A DNA stretch of 64,000 nucleotides from Anolis carolinensis (lineage: Eukaryota), in assembly GCF_035594765.1 (NCBI RefSeq), contig NW_026943822.1, forward strand, positions 17,693,769 to 17,757,768, given 5' to 3'. The stretch's first letter is position 1. Each line of letters opens with the position of its first letter. The notes below the pieces were generated by a model. The model had not been told where the DNA came from and made no database searches. It saw nothing but the letters and a program-made list of their open reading frames with translations. The translations under genes were made by a program, and so were the position numbers. This document shows, one piece after another, positions 13,343 through 28,936 of the stretch.

Positions 13343-16300
13343 ATGAATGTAGACGATGATGCAAAATGGCTGGAGTGGGTGGCCCAGCAGTTTGAAAGTA
13401 TCGCCGGCAAGGATAAAGAAATTGATTTGGAAGAGTTCAAAACAGCTCTCAACGTGAAGGAGGTAGGTTTCCGATCACTGCTGTAAGTTGCTCAAGGGCT
13501 TTGGCTCGGAAGGATTTGGATGTTTGGCTTCCCTGGGGGGAATTTAATACACCAAAACTTCTCTCACTAAGACTCTTTCCCCATATAAATTCAATATGCC
13601 ATAGATACTCATGTATATGTCTAGAACAGTGATTCCCAAAGTGGGCGCTACTGCCCCCTGGTGGGCACTGCAGCGATCCAGGGGGGCGGTGATGGCACCT
13701 ATTAGGACACAGGGGCGGGGCCAGGGGAGGGGCGGGGCCTCTTCCCAAGTGCCAGAGACAGGGCTGAGCACCTTAGGTGCCTGTTAGGACACAGGGGGCG
13801 GAGCTAGAGGAGTGGGCGTGGCTTCTTCCCAAGAGCCCAAGACAGGGCTGAGCATCTATACCTCTCCTGAGGTGCTTGTTGGGAGACAGAGGGCGGAGCT
13901 AGGGAAGGGGGCGGGGCCTCCTTCCAAGAGCCTGAGACAGGGCTGAGCCTCTATACCTCTCCTGAGAGGCTTTTTAGGACTAAAGGGCGGGGCTGGGGTG
14001 GGGGCGGGGCCTCTTCCCAAGAGTGTGAGACAGGGCTGAGCCTCTATCTCTCTCCTGAGAGGCTTTTTAGGACTAAAGGGCGGGGCTAGGGGTGGGGGCG
14101 GGGCCTCTTCCGAAGAGCATGAGACAGGGCTGAGCCTCTATCTCTCTCCTGAGAGGCCTTTTAGGACTAAAGGGCGGGGCTAGCTGTGGGGTGGGGCCTC
14201 TTCCCAAGAGCATGAGACAGGGCTGAGCCTCTGTATACCTGTCAGACCCCAGGCAGCAGGGCACCAAGAACCATACACGGAGGCCAATCTCTATCTAATA
14301 TCTTTATTAAAGAAATGTATAAAAGCAATAAAAACAAGTGAAGAATATAGTTCAGAAGCAGACCTTTCAAATGAGGTCAAATATAGTCCAAAAATGTATT
14401 GTCCAATAAATGATATTAGAGTTCAAAGTTTTTATCCAATACCGAAACACACACTATTGCCAAGCAATAGTGTGGGGAAATGTCTGAGTCTTAGGAGTCC
14501 AAGGTAGCTTGACAACAAGGCTGGAAACAAGGCTGGATACAGGGCTGGATACAAGGCTGGATACAAGGCTGGATACAAGGCAAACAGTGATTCTTGGAAC
14601 AAGGTCCGTGGTTAAAAGCAAGGCGAGGCAAGTCTTGAATACTTAATCCGGGAAGCAAGGAACTGGGGTTACGAAGTCCACACACGATCTTACTCCTGAA
14701 GCTGCTCTGTTGACTCCGCAAAGAATCTCCCGCGTCAGGCACCTATATTGGGTCTCGTTTTCCCGCCAACAATCTCTTTCCCTAGAGAACGGGAAGCGAA
14801 ACCCAACTTTGTCCAGATGCAAGACTCCTTAGAATTTCCCAAGGGAAGCAGGTCTAATCAGCCTGTTGTTTGGCAGCAATCCGTAAACTCCTGCGATTCT
14901 GTTCCCTGACTCCTCTGTCAGCACAATAGGATTCTTTTCTAGGGAACGGAGGCGAGGAATGTCCAAGGTCTGTTTTACTGAATTCTTGGGTACAAACATC
15001 AACATCCGGCAGGTGAAAGGACTCCGGCTCTTGTTGAACCGGCGAAAACCCCATGTTTTCATCTTCATCTGCCTCGATGGCACTAGGAACAGGACTACAA
15101 GGCCCATGAGGCATCACAATACCTCCCCTGAAGCACTTGACAGAACATGGGGGGGGGGGGGTAATAGAGGTTCAGCCCCATCAGGCACTTGGGAAGAGGC
15201 CACGCCCCCTCCTCTAGCCCCGCCCCCGTGTCCTGGCAGGTGCTGCAGGACAGGGATAGAAGCTCAGCCCTGCCTCAGAGCTCGTAACTCCGCCCATCCC
15301 AGTCCTGGCCTCCCATTTGTGGCCCCGCCCACCTCCTCTCCCAGCCCTGCATCTTGGACTAGGGGAGAGGCTCAGCCCCGCCTTCTTGAACAGGAGCCAC
15401 ACCCACCCCTCTAAGCCACGCCCCTTTCCAGGGGGCGCTGAGTCATATTTTTTCTGGAAAGGGGGCAGCAGGCCAAATAAGTTTGGGAACCACTGGTCTA
15501 GACATTTTGGTTAAAAAAAATCAACCCCCCAAAAACTGGGTCAAAAGTGAGTCATGAGGGCTGATTTTTCTTTCCCCCCTTCTCTCCCTTAGTCCTTTTT
15601 TGCCGAGCGGTTCTTTGCTTTGTTCGACTCGGACGGAAGCGGCACCATCAGCCTGGATGAGCTGCTCGAGGCCCTGAAGCTGCTGATCCACGGAAGCGAA
15701 GCAGACAAGCTCCGGTTCCTCTTCCATGTTTATGACGTGGATGGTAAAACCCCAACGACCACCTTCCTTCCGCCAGAGCTTCTCAATCTAAGATTTTGCT
15801 TTTCCACAACCCTCTTGCTCTGCCCATTTCAAGACAGTCACTGCTGGTGGTTGCTTGTGTGTGCATGTTTCCATTGGGGCTCCTGGGCTGTATGTGCCGT
15901 AACCCAGAGTCCTCAATATGTATTTATTTATGTACAGTATTTATATTCCGCCCTTCTCACCCCAAAGGAGACTGAGGGCGGATCACAGAACTCACATATA
16001 CGGCAAACATTCAATGCCATTTATACATTGAGAGACAGATAATTATACATAGATAGAGGTATATAGGGGCCTCCAGTGGCGCAGTGAGTTAAAGCGCTGA
16101 GCTGCTGAACTTGCGGACCAAAATATCACAGGTGCGAATGCGGGGAGCGGAATGAGCGCACACTGTTAGCCCCAGCTTCTGCCAACCTAGCAGTTCAAAA
16201 ACATGCAAATGTGAGTAGATCAATAGGTACTGCTCTGGCGGGAAGGTAACGGTGCTCCATGCAGTCATGCCGGCCACATGACCTTGGCGGTGTCTATGGA

Positions 16301-19300
16301 CAACGCCGGCTCTTCGGCTTAGAAATGGAGATGAGCACCAACCCCCAGAGTCAGTCATGACTAGACTTAACGTCAGGGGAAAACCTTTACCTTTATATAT
16401 ATATACTAGCTTGGGGACCCGGCAGTGCCCGGGTTATTAGTAGACGGCATTGAGTTGTTTGAAGATGTTAGGAAATATCACTTAAGTTTGGTCCAGATCC
16501 ATCATCAGCTGGTTTCAATGCTGTCTGTATAAGGGTGAACTACAACTCCCAGAGCAAGAAATGAGTGATGCTACTTGGTCCATCTTCCCCCAATCTGCTC
16601 CAGGGCGAAAAGGGTTTCATGGGGGTTCTATGTGCCAAGTTTGGTCCAGTTCCGTCACTGCTGGGCGTCGCAGTGACCTGTGGGAGTCGTAGCGATTGAA
16701 AGTACTACAAATCCTATCACCCATGGGCCATCGTCCCACAAACGGCACCAGGGCGTAAAGCGCATCATGGGGATTAAGTGTGCTAAGTTTGGTCCAGATC
16801 CGTCATTCCTGGTGGTCTCAGTGGCCTGTGATAGTGGCGGCCAATCAGAAAGCTGGCACATACTCGCATGCATACATACATACATACATACAAACATACA
16901 TACAAACATTCACTATATATATATATCCATATATATATCCATATATGGTGTCCATTGGGAATCCTCCCTCTGTTGTCCTAGGCAGTGGATCTATCGAACG
17001 TGGAGAGCTGCGCACGGTCTTGAAATCATGCCTGAAAGAAAGTTCGATTTCTTTGCCGGAAAAGACGCTGGATGACCTCACGGGAGCCCTCTTTGAGTCG
17101 GCTGACTCTGACTGCAGCGGAGCCATAACCTTTGAGGAGCTCCGAGCGGAGCTGGAACATTTCCCCGAAGTCATGGAGAACTTAACCATCAGGTATAATG
17201 CCCTTTCCATGGTCTCCACTTTTTAAGCCGAGGGCCGGTCCACAATCCTTCAGACTGTTGACGGGCCGGATTATCATTTGAAAAAAAAAATACAAACAAA
17301 TTCCGATGCACACTGTACATGTCTTATTTGTAGTGCAAAAACAAACAAACAACAACATTGAAAGAACAATATAATATTTAAAAATAAAAATAATTTTAAC
17401 CAACATACATTTATCAGGATTTCAATGGGAAGTGTAGTCCTGCTTCTGGCCAATGAGATAATCAAGTTAATTAGGGTTGTTGTTGTTGTTGTTGTTGTTG
17501 TTGTGTGCCTTCAAGTCATTTCAAACTTTGGGCGAGCCTAAGTCTAAAATGTATTTATTTATTATTTATTTATTTACTGCATTTATTTACTACATTTGTA
17601 TCACACCCTTCTCACCCCAAAGGGGACTCAGAGTGGCCTACAAATTATATGTACATACAATATAATATATTATTAGCATAACACAATATTAGCATTATAT
17701 ATTACTTTATTGAACTATACCACTATACTGTAATATAATATAGTAATATTATATGTAATATAGAATTGATATTATTATATGGTATTATTATTAGTGTTAT
17801 ATTGTATTACATTATAATATTATTATCAATATTATATGTATATACAATATATTATATTGTAAAACTGAGGGCGGGGGCCAGGTAAATGACCTCGGAGAGC
17901 CGCATCCGGCCCCCGGGCCTTAGTTTGGGGACCCCTGGTCTCCACACTCTCTAAACACCAATTTATCCCCAAAAGGACTCTTCTTAGTAATGGATAGGTC
18001 TGACAAAAGGGTTATCAATCTGAGGTCTGTTGCTCTGTAGACTATATTGTGAGAACCGACAAAATAACATGAAAATTACATTGTTTTTGCTTATTTGTTC
18101 TAGAGACATAGACGTTCGAGGAGTTTGCAATCTCACTCTCTGCGAATGTGGCATGCTATCAGCACTATTGGGAGATTTGATTTAAGTAACATATCTAATA
18201 TTATGGCCTTACACCAGTAAGGGGGTCTATGGTGACTTACAGTAGTAAAAATAAATGTTTTCCCCTGGCATGTACCTAGCGATCTATTCACATTTGCATG
18301 TTTTCGAACTGCTAAGTTGGCAGAAGCTGGGGCTAACAGCGGGAGCTCACCCCACTTCCCGGATTCAAACTACTGACCTTTTGGTCAACAAGTTCAGCAG
18401 CTTAGCGGTTTAACCTGCTGTGTCACTGGGCACTCCAGTACAGTACAGATATTAAAATGAACCATGCACAGTGCCACTTGGGTTGCATCTACATTGCAGA
18501 ATTACTGCCATGGCTGAATGCTATGGAGTTGTAGTTTTACAAGGTCTTTCACCATCAGACAGTGGGTGCTGATGCTTCACCAAACTACAACTCCCGAAAC
18601 CATTGAGTGGTGCCAAACTGCCTTAATTCGACAGCAAGTGGCTGCTCCGTTGATGCCTTATGCCTCTTTCTTGCAGTGCCGCAAGCTGGTTAAAGCCCCC
18701 CATGACTCCCCCAAAGGACCACCCACCGCGCTACCTGAGTCCGGCCTATTGGCACAACAATGGGAGCAAACTGCTTTTCCTGGGCAGCTACCTGGCAGTG
18801 AACATCCTCCTGTTCACTTTGGCAGCATTGAAGCATCTTGGCTCCGGCGCCTGGATCATGCTGGCGAAAGGCTGTGGGCAGTGCCTGAACCTCAACTGTA
18901 CCTTCCTAGTGGTGAGTAAATTGTGTGTATCCATTGCATAAGGTGCACATATGGCCATGGTGGGCTGGGCTGTGGCGCAGCTGGCTAGTAACCAGCTGCA
19001 ATAAATCACTACTGACCGGGAGGTCATGAGTTCGAAGCCCGGATCGGGTTAAGCCCCCGACCATTAAATAGCCCGGCTTGCTGTTCACCTATGCAGCCCC
19101 GAAAGACAGTTGCATCTGTCAAGTAGGGAAATTTAGGTATGCTTTATGCGGGAGGATAATTTAACTAATTTACAACATCATAAAACTGCCAGCAAAACAC
19201 GAGGAAAGGAATGAGGAAGTACAGCCACTAGTGGACGGTGAAGCAACAGCTCCCCCTGTGGCCAGAATCGTGAAGCTGGAAAAAAATGTTAAATGCCTCT

Positions 19301-22300
19301 GTGTCTGTCTATACTGTATGTTGTTTGTCTGTTGACATTGAATGTTTGCCATATATGTGTTCAGTGTAATCCGCCCTGAGTCCCCTTCGGGGTGAGAAGG
19401 GCGGAATATAAATACTGTAAATAAATAAAATAATAAATCTACACTGAGGCATTAATTTCACAAGGTCTTTCACCCTCTTTGCCAAAGAGTGCTGATGCCT
19501 CCCCAGCTATCATTCCCATGTCACCATAACATTGAGCATGTTACACAATCTTGCTTGGAATATCATTCTTATCTTATTTTCTCCTATGGAAGTGCTTTGG
19601 CATTGTAAAATATAAATCTTGTGCTGGTGTGACAATGGTGTCCCGGTTGGTAAGGATGACAATGTCAAAGAGATATGCAAACACACTGAAGGTTCAAAAC
19701 ATAAAACAACATAAGAGCATCATATACATTTGACATTCACATAAGTGTTCACAACAATAATAAAGTACAGTCAACTGTTGTAATACACAGCAGTATCTTA
19801 CAGAATATAATGTTTAAAGAAACTGCAATCATAGAGACTTAAATGCGGGCTGGAGTCAAACCACATAGAGTAGTCTACGGTATTTGAACAATTTCTCAGG
19901 ACTCCAACTAAATTTTGTAAACAACACAGTACTGTAGAGTCTCACTTATCCAACATAAATGGGCCGGCAGAATGTTGGATAAGCGAATATGTTGGATAAT
20001 AAGGAGGCATTAAGGAAAAGCCCATTAAACATCAAATTAGGTTATGATTTTACAAATTAAGCATCAAAACATCATGTTATACAACAAATTTGACAGAAAA
20101 AGTAGTTCAATAAGCAGTAATGCTATGTGATAATTACTGTATTTACGAATTTCAAAATATGATATATACTACAAAAATGTGTTGGATAATCCAGAACGTT
20201 GGATAAGGGAGTGTTAGATNNNNNNNNNNNNNNNNNNNNNNNNNNNNNNNNNNNNNNNNNNNNNNNNNNNNNNNNNNNNNNNNNNNNNNNNNNNNNNNNN
20301 NNNNNNNNNNNNNNNNNNNNNNNNNNNNNNNNNNNNNNNNNNNNNNNNAATATTAATAATAATATTATGTTGTAATACAATGTAATAATAATTATAATTC
20401 ACTATTATAATTGTATATTTATATTATATGCAATATTACTAATAATATTGCAATATAGTAGTATAATATAATATATTGTATGTATATATACTTGTAAACC
20501 GCCCTGAGTCCCCTTCGGGGTGAGAAGGGCGGTATATAAATGTCGCAAATAAATAAATAAATAAATAAATATGTGTATTAGTCCATCATGCACATTCAAC
20601 CTTTGCAAACTAATATATGATGATACAATGTGAAACTAAAAGAATCAATTATAAAATCAATTGGCTTAAACCTGATGTGGAGTCAAACTGACTCAGAGTC
20701 TCTGTAGTACTGGAGCAATTCTTCAGGACTCCACAGGTCTTGAAACACTTAATCTAGAAGATAAACCTTGAGAAAAAGATCTTATAGCTATTTAAGATCC
20801 TGTGTTGTCGAATGTATATGATGCTCTAATATACATACTGTGTTTTATGTTTTGAACCTTCAGTGTGTTTGCATATCTCTTTGACATTGTTTAGGATAGA
20901 CATCTGTGTTTATTTATTACTATATTCTGCCTGCAATATGGTAAGGATGACAACCTGTCCCCCGTTTTGCCTCCAAGGTGGTGATGTTGCGCCGGTGCCT
21001 GACCTGGTTGCGGGCCACTTGGGCGGCCAAAGTCCTTCCGCTTGACCAGAGCGTCCTTCTCCATCGGCTGATCGGCTGCTCCGTGGCCGCTCTGAGCGTC
21101 CTTCACACAGGGGCTCACGTGGCCAACTTTGGTGAGTGCCTCTTTCCATTGAGGTTGTCTTCTGCTGACTTTCATAGAATCATAGAAGTTCTTCCTAATG
21201 TTTAGGTGGAATCTGTCAGAGCGCGCGGTTTGGATAAACACACATGCAGCGGAAGATCAACGAAGAATCACTGGCACCAATAAATAGGCTGAAGCCTGTT
21301 TGGCTTTCTACAAAAGATTTACTGACAAACGGAAAACTCTCAAGACGACATATACATACAGAGTGCAAATAGGCAGAGAGCAGAGGGCAGAGGTCAGAAC
21401 AGATAACACAGGGAGCTATTTATAACCACCTCTGCTGTCTGATGCAATACACAGTTAACTCTTTACACCAGGGGTCCCCAAACTAAGGCCCGGGGGCCGG
21501 ATGCAGCCCTCCAAGGTCATTTACCTGGCCCCCGCCCTCAGTTTTATAATATATTTTTTATATCAGTTTTAATAATATAATATATTGTATATACATATAA
21601 TATTGATAAAAATATTATAACGTTATACAATATAATACTAATAATAATACCATATAATAATATTAATTATATGTTATATATTACATATAGCATTACAGTA
21701 TAGTGGTATAGTTCAATATAGTAATGTATAATGCTAATATTGTGCTATGCTAATACAGTAATATAATATATTGTATGTACATACAGCTGCTCTGAGTCCC
21801 CTTCGGGGTAAGAAAGGTGGGATATAAATGTAGTAAATAAATGTAGTAAGTAAATAATTAATTAATTTTAGACTTAGGCTCACCCAAATTCTGAAATGAC
21901 TTGAAGGCACACAACAACAACAACAACAACAACCCTAATTAACTTGACTATCTCATTGGCCAGTAGCAGGCCCACACTTTCCATTGAAATCCTGATCGGT
22001 TTATGTTGGTTAAGATTGTTTTCATTTTTAAATATTGTATTGTTCTTTCATTGTTGTTGTTGTTGTTGTTGTTTTGCACTACAAATAAGACATGTGCAGT
22101 GTGCATAGGAATTTGTATTTTTTTTCAAATGATAATTCGGCCCCTCTATAGTCTGAAGGATTGTAGACCGGCCCTTTGCTTTAAAAGTTTGAGAACCCCT
22201 GCTTTACACACTCGCATCGTGGACAGCAGACAGTGCATGATGCAATCTCCAGCTCACATTGCAACACTATAACTCAATTACATTTAAACAACTCTATATA

Positions 22301-24776
22301 CAATCATTCCCACTTCAACAGAATCTCTCTCCTGCAGTGAGGCTGTCTCAGACCAACGACACCTTCTACCTCTGGGAATACCTCTTCACCACGCGGACCG
22401 GGATTGGCTGGGTTTACGGAACGGCTTCCGTCACCGGCCTGGCTCTGCAGCTCCTCATTGGCCTCATGTCCGTGTGCTCCAGCACTTTTGTCCGTAAGAG
22501 TGGCCACTTTGAGGTGAGGTCCATTGGAAGTTTCCACCAGAGCTTGACCATATAGTCACGCTGAAGGACTGGCCTAGAGAGATTGTATTTTTTGTGTTGT
22601 CGAAGGCTTTCATGGCCGGGATCACAGCATTGTTGTATGTTTTCCGGGCTGTGTGGCCATGTTCCAGAAGTATTCTCTCCTGACGTTTCACCCACATCTA
22701 TGGCAGGCATCCTCAGAGGTTGTGAGGTATGGAGAAACTAAGCAAGGAAGGTTTATATATACAGAAGAGTCTCACTTATCCAAGCCTCGCTTATCCAAGC
22801 CTCTGGATAATCCAAGCCATTTTTGTAGTCGTTTTCAATATTTCGTGATATTTTGGTGCTAAATTCGTAAATACAATAATTACAACATGACATTACTGCG
22901 TATTGAACTACTTTTTCTGTCAAATTTGTTGTATAACATAATGTTTTGGTGCTTAATTTGTAAAATCATAACCTAATTTGATGTTTAATAGGCTTTTCCT
23001 TAATCCCTCCTTATTATCCAAGATATTCACTTATCCAAGCTTCTGCTGGCCCGTTTAGCTTGGATAAGTGAGACTCTACTGTATCTGTGGAAAGTCCAGG
23101 GTGAGAGAAGAACTCTAAACTGGCAGCAATTGGATAAAAACAATTATTGCTCTCCCTCTAATTAGGACTTTATTTTTCTTTTCTTTTTGTTGTATCAACC
23201 TAGAGGCGTGGATGATGGGTTGTATTGTCAAATTTCGAGGTTGGGGGACCTGTAGTTTTGTTGTTTTGTCGGTCGCTGTGATGCCATCACTCTTTTATAT
23301 ATATAGATATTGTACTATACCATTATACCATAATATTATTAGTAATATTACATTTAATATATAATACTATCATATTATACAATATTATTATATTGTATAA
23401 TTATTATTAGCTGCCCTGAGTCCCCTATTGGGTGAGAAGGGTGGGGTAGAAATACTATAATAAATAAATAAATATTATATTACATTATAATATTATTATC
23501 AATATTATATGTATACACAATATATTATATTATTACCATATCATTCATTTACGATACAGTAGAGTCTCACTTATCCAACGTTCTGGATTATCCAACGCAT
23601 TTTTGTAGTCAATGTTTTCAATACATCGTGATATTTTGGTGCTAAATTCGTAAATACAGTAATATAGTATTACTGCGTATTGAACTACTTTTTCTGTCAA
23701 ATTTGTTGTATAACATGATGTTTTTGGTGCTTAATTTGTAAAATCATAACCTAATTTGATGTTTAATAGGCTTCTCCTTAATCTCTCCTTGTTATCCAAT
23801 GTATTCGCTTATCGAACATTCTGCCGGCCCGTTTATGTTGGATAAGTGAGACTCTACTGTATTTGGCATACAGCAGATTTTGCAGTCATGCAATTGTTTT
23901 CAAGATCCCCTACTTGAGTATCCTCATCGAGGTAGTTTACATCCTTGGTGTGTCCTCTAGCTTCCAGGATGTTTCCCAAACTTTCCTTGCTCTTCCCTAT
24001 GAGATCCTCCTCTCCACAACCCGTAGGTCTTCTACTGGACCCATCTCTCCTACGTCTTCATCTGGACCTTGTTAATTATCCATGGACCCAATTTCTGGAA
24101 GTGGTTTGTTGTGCCTGGATTTCTGTTCCTCGTAGAGAAGATCTTTGGGGTGTTCTTGTCCCGCACTAGGAGGCTCTACATTGTGGAAATCAACCTTTTG
24201 CCCTCAAAGGTTTGTTCTCTGGAAAAAAATACATATAAGCCAGAAAAAAATATTCCATCTAAATATTAGGAAGAGCTCTTCAACATGGGATTCTGCAGCT
24301 GTCTGGGTGGCCATCTATCAGGCGTGCTTGGATTGTGTTTTCTTAGATGGCCCAACTCTGATTCCATAAACAAAATTCTGACTCCATCCTTCTCCATCCA
24401 CTAAACCAATGATGGGCAACCTTTTGCACTTGGTGTGTCAAAATTCACCAAAAAACCTAGCATGACTTGGGTGGTGTGTCACTTCGAGAGAGAAAACCAT
24501 AATTTCACAATATATATAGTTTAAATAACAAAAATATATAATTGTAATATATAACTGTATTTAATAAATCAAAAACTATTTACTACCATTATTTCCATGT
24601 ACAACAATCTATGGTACCTCTTGCAGTTTCCACGCTGATTTCTCTCTGTTGTAGTTTCAATGTAGTCATGAATAATGAATAATTATAATAATAATAATAT
24701 AATAGTAATAATATAATAATATACTACAATAATAATAGAATAATAATAGAATGATTTTATAGATAGATAGATAGAG

Positions 24777-24829
<53 letters not shown>

Positions 24830-25110
24830 TGTAATGTGCATAATTCCCATGGAGTAAACAACAAAACCACTGGACCAAATCACACCAAATTTGGCCACAA
24901 AAGACATTAGTCATCCAATCAATCTGCATGTAGAAGCGTGGCAGCAAAAATGGCTAGGCGTGTCAGTACTGACACGCATGTCATAGGTTGGCCATCTAAA
25001 TGTGGGAGCCGCAGCCAAGAAGAGAAGGGTTGGATTGGGTGACCTTTGTGGTCTCTTCCAACTCTATAGTCCAATGTGGATGGAGTGGGACATGTGGAAA
25101 TGAGTGCACT

Positions 25111-25149
<39 letters not shown>

Positions 25150-28100
25150 CAGTATTTATATTCCGCCCTTCTCACCCCATTGTACACATATAAGGCAAAC
25201 ATTCAATGCCATATAACATAGAATAGAGACAGAGACAGACGCAGAGGCAATTTAAACCTTCTCCAGCTTCCAGCTTCCTGAGGGTATGCTTGATTCCGGC
25301 CACAGGGGGAGCAGCTGCTTCATCATCCACTGCGACTGCAACTTCCTCATTCCAACGACAGCTGGGTGATTTTTATGGTGTCGTAAATTAGCCTCCCCAT
25401 GTATAAGTGGTATCTAAATTTCCTACTTGATAGATGCAACTATCTTTAGGGTTGCTTAGGTCAACAACGAGCAAGAGCTATATTTTTATTTTTATTGGCG
25501 GGTGCTCACCCCGACACTGGCCTCGAACTCATGACCTCTTGGTCAGAGTGATTTATTGCAGCTGGCTGCTAACCAGCCTGCGCCACAGCCCGGCCCCGGG
25601 TTGCAGAACTTGATGTCTCACCAGTTTGTTGGAGGACATCATCCATAGCTTGATTCCATCGTCCTTCTTCCAAAGTTGGCTGCCTTTCTTTCCTCTGTCT
25701 TTAAGTGCAGGTGACCCACTTGGTGATCCAGAGACCCCCGTTTTTCCACTACAAGCCCGGAGACTATGTGTACCTAAATATCCCAGCTATAGCCAAGTAC
25801 GAATGGCACCCATTCACCATCAGCAGTGCCCCGGAGCAACCAGGTGGGTGGCCGCCAGAAAGGCTTTCGAAATTTAGTAAAGGGAAGGGAGATGGAAAAT
25901 GCTGGAAGTGCGGAAAACACAATGGAGATTTTATACATATGTGGTGGAGGTGTAAGAGAATAAAAAAGTTCTGGCAGGAAATTCACAAAGAAATGGAGAA
26001 AATACTCCGAAATAAATTTGCTTTACAACCAGAGTACTTCCTTTTAGGTAATACAGATTTTCAGATGGACCTCAATACAGAAAAGCTTTTCACATACAGT
26101 AGAGTCTCACTTATCCAACATAAACGGGCCGGCAGAATGTTGGATAAGCGAATATGTTGGATAATGAGGGATTAAGGAAAAGCCTATTAAACATCAAATT
26201 AGGTTATTTTACAAATTAAGCATCAAAACATCATGTTATATAACAAACTAGCTGTGCCTGGCCACGCGTTGCTGTGACGTTGTCTGGTGGTGTTGGTGAG
26301 AAATTGTTGAGGTAGTGGTGGTATTGAATGTGTGTTGTATGGTTGTCTTTATGTTTAGTATGCACACTGAAGTGGATTATATGGCAGTGTGGAGTCAAGA
26401 TAATCCAGTTCAAAGCAGATAATATAAGATTCTAAATGAGTTATATAGCTGTGTGGAAGGGCTTTGAGTCTACACTACCATATAATCCAGTTAAAATCTG
26501 ATAATCTGTGGAAGAGGCCTAAGTGAGGCCTAACTGTGCCTGTCCCCTGGGCTGAGTAGATTGCTAGGAGACCAAGTGGGCGGAGCTTAGCCACCTAACT
26601 GGCAGCAATTGGATAAAAACTATTATTCCTCTCCCTGTAATTAGGACTTTATTTTTCTTTTCTTTTTGTTGTATCAACCTAGAGCCGTGAATGATGGGTT
26701 GTGTTGTCAAATTTCAAGGTTGGGGGTCCTGTAGTTTTGTTGTTTTGTCCGCTGCCCTGATGCCATCACTCTTTTATATATATAGATTTGACAGAAAAAG
26801 TAGTTCAGTACACAGTAATGCTATGTGATAATTACTGTATTTATGAATTTAGCACCAAAATATCACGATGTATTGAAAACATTGACTACAAGAATGCGTT
26901 GGATAATCCAGAACGTTGGATAAGTGAGACTCTACTGTATATGGATGTTTAGCCGGCTACAATTATTTGGAAGAAGATGTGTTTCGCGATGCAGAGANNN
27001 NNNNNNNNNNNNNNNNNNNNNNNNNNNNNNNNNNNNNNNNNNNNNNNNNNNNNNNNNNNNNNNNNNNNNNNNNNNNNNNNNNNNNNNNNNNNNNNNNNNN
27101 NNNNNNNNNNNNNNNNNNNNNNNNNNNNNNNNNNNNNNNNNNNNNNNNNNNNNNNNNNNNNNNNNNNNNNNNNNNNNNNNNNNNNNNNNNNNNNNNNNNN
27201 NNNNNNNNNNNNNNNNNNNNNNNNNNNNNNNNNNNNNNNNNNNNNNNNNNNNNNNNNNNNNNNNNNNNNNNNNNNNNNNNNNNNNNNNNNNNNNNNNNNN
27301 NNNNNNNNNNNNNNNNNNNNNNNNNNNNNNNNNNNNNNNNNNNNNNNNNNNNNNNNNNNNNTTCCACAACTTTTTATGTATATGTTTAAAATCATAAATA
27401 AAATATGGAGGGGAAATAAACATGGGTGGCCGCCCAGAAACCAACCTGAATTGGGAATTAATGTGGAAAAGTTGCATATGGCTTATTTTCCCATTCAAAT
27501 TTGGCACAATTTTGGGGTGAAACCGGCTCCAAATAGTACTTTGGGTTCTCCCAAAGTGTGCCAAAACTCCCTGCTCAACTCTCCGTTGCACAAGAAACCA
27601 TCACAAATACCTTCTGCTCCTTCCATTTCCCCTTCGTAATAGCAGGAAAAAGGTGATGAAATGTCTTTTCATGGCAACATTTTGGAAACAGAGAGAAAAC
27701 AAATGTGACACTAGAATAATTATGTCATGGTAAGGGATGCCAGCAAGAGGAGAATGGTTCAAAGCACCAGAAACCCCTCAACTGGAGGATCCAGAAAAGT
27801 GTCCCTCTTCTCGAGCCCTCTCTTCTTTCTTCTTTCTCCCCAAAGGGACTATTTGGCTCCATATTCGGTCTCTGGGACAATGGACCAACCAATTGTATGA
27901 ATACTTCTGGCACCAAGGTGACCTTCGTGACTGTGAACCCGACACAAAGCAACAGAAGAAAACCAGCTCCGAGAAATGGGTAGATTTGCAGTTTAAAATT
28001 GGAATTATCATTAATGTAGACTCCTCTCTGGCCTTTGTTGTTGCTGTTTAAATAGCACCAGGCGTATTAAATGTGAATATGTACAATATTTTTGGCAGAC

Positions 28101-28898
28101 TTTACAAAACGAGTCAAATCAAATACTACGAAATGAGTGGGTCATAACAAAGGAAATAGCAGTATTAGGGAAAAGAGAGGAAATGGGAAATAAAAGGGAA
28201 ATCAAAGAAGCAATAATTGAATGTGCACAAGCAGTAATAGTATTAGGGTGGAAAGATAAATCCAAATGGTCAGTACGTAAATGGTCAGTACCAATATATG
28301 GTGGAGCAAATGGAATTTGAAATTATGAATGTGAAACTAAATGGTGTAAAAACTAATGAAAATAGAACAAGAGAAATGGAAGAAAGATGGACAAGGGTAA
28401 AGAACTATATCATGAATCAATCTGGAGATCAAGCCGTAAGAAATAAGATACAAATGTTATATAGTATATAGGATGGAAATGGATAAAGATAAAGATATAA
28501 AGATTGTCTCACAAAGAAACGAATATGTAAAAAGGAAACAATCCTCGTGTTGGTGGTGGGAATTGTAAATGTTTTGTATGTCTACGGTATGTATTTTTTG
28601 TGTTTTAAAAAATAAGAAATCTGTATTAAAAAAAATAGCACCAGGCATATTAAAATACCGTATATACTCGAGTATAAGCCGACCCGAATATAAGCCGAGG
28701 CACCTAATTTTACCACAAAATCAGTTCTTTACTGCTGGGAAGTGGTACTTGAGGCATAAGTTCCAATGAATCATTTGGGCCACATAGTTGTGCCTCTGTT
28801 TGTAGTCAGTCTGTGCGATTTTCTTACAGCAGCTGAGGATATGATCAATAGTTTTGTCGGTTTCCTTGCACAGTCTGCATTTTGGGTCATCAGCTGAT

Positions 28899-28936
<38 letters not shown>

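Noticed and set aside
18963-19050. tRNA-like A/B box sequences
   Set aside because: These are SINE heads, not cloverleaf tRNA genes.
26924-27639. Several long ORFs
   Set aside because: Artefacts of the N gap.
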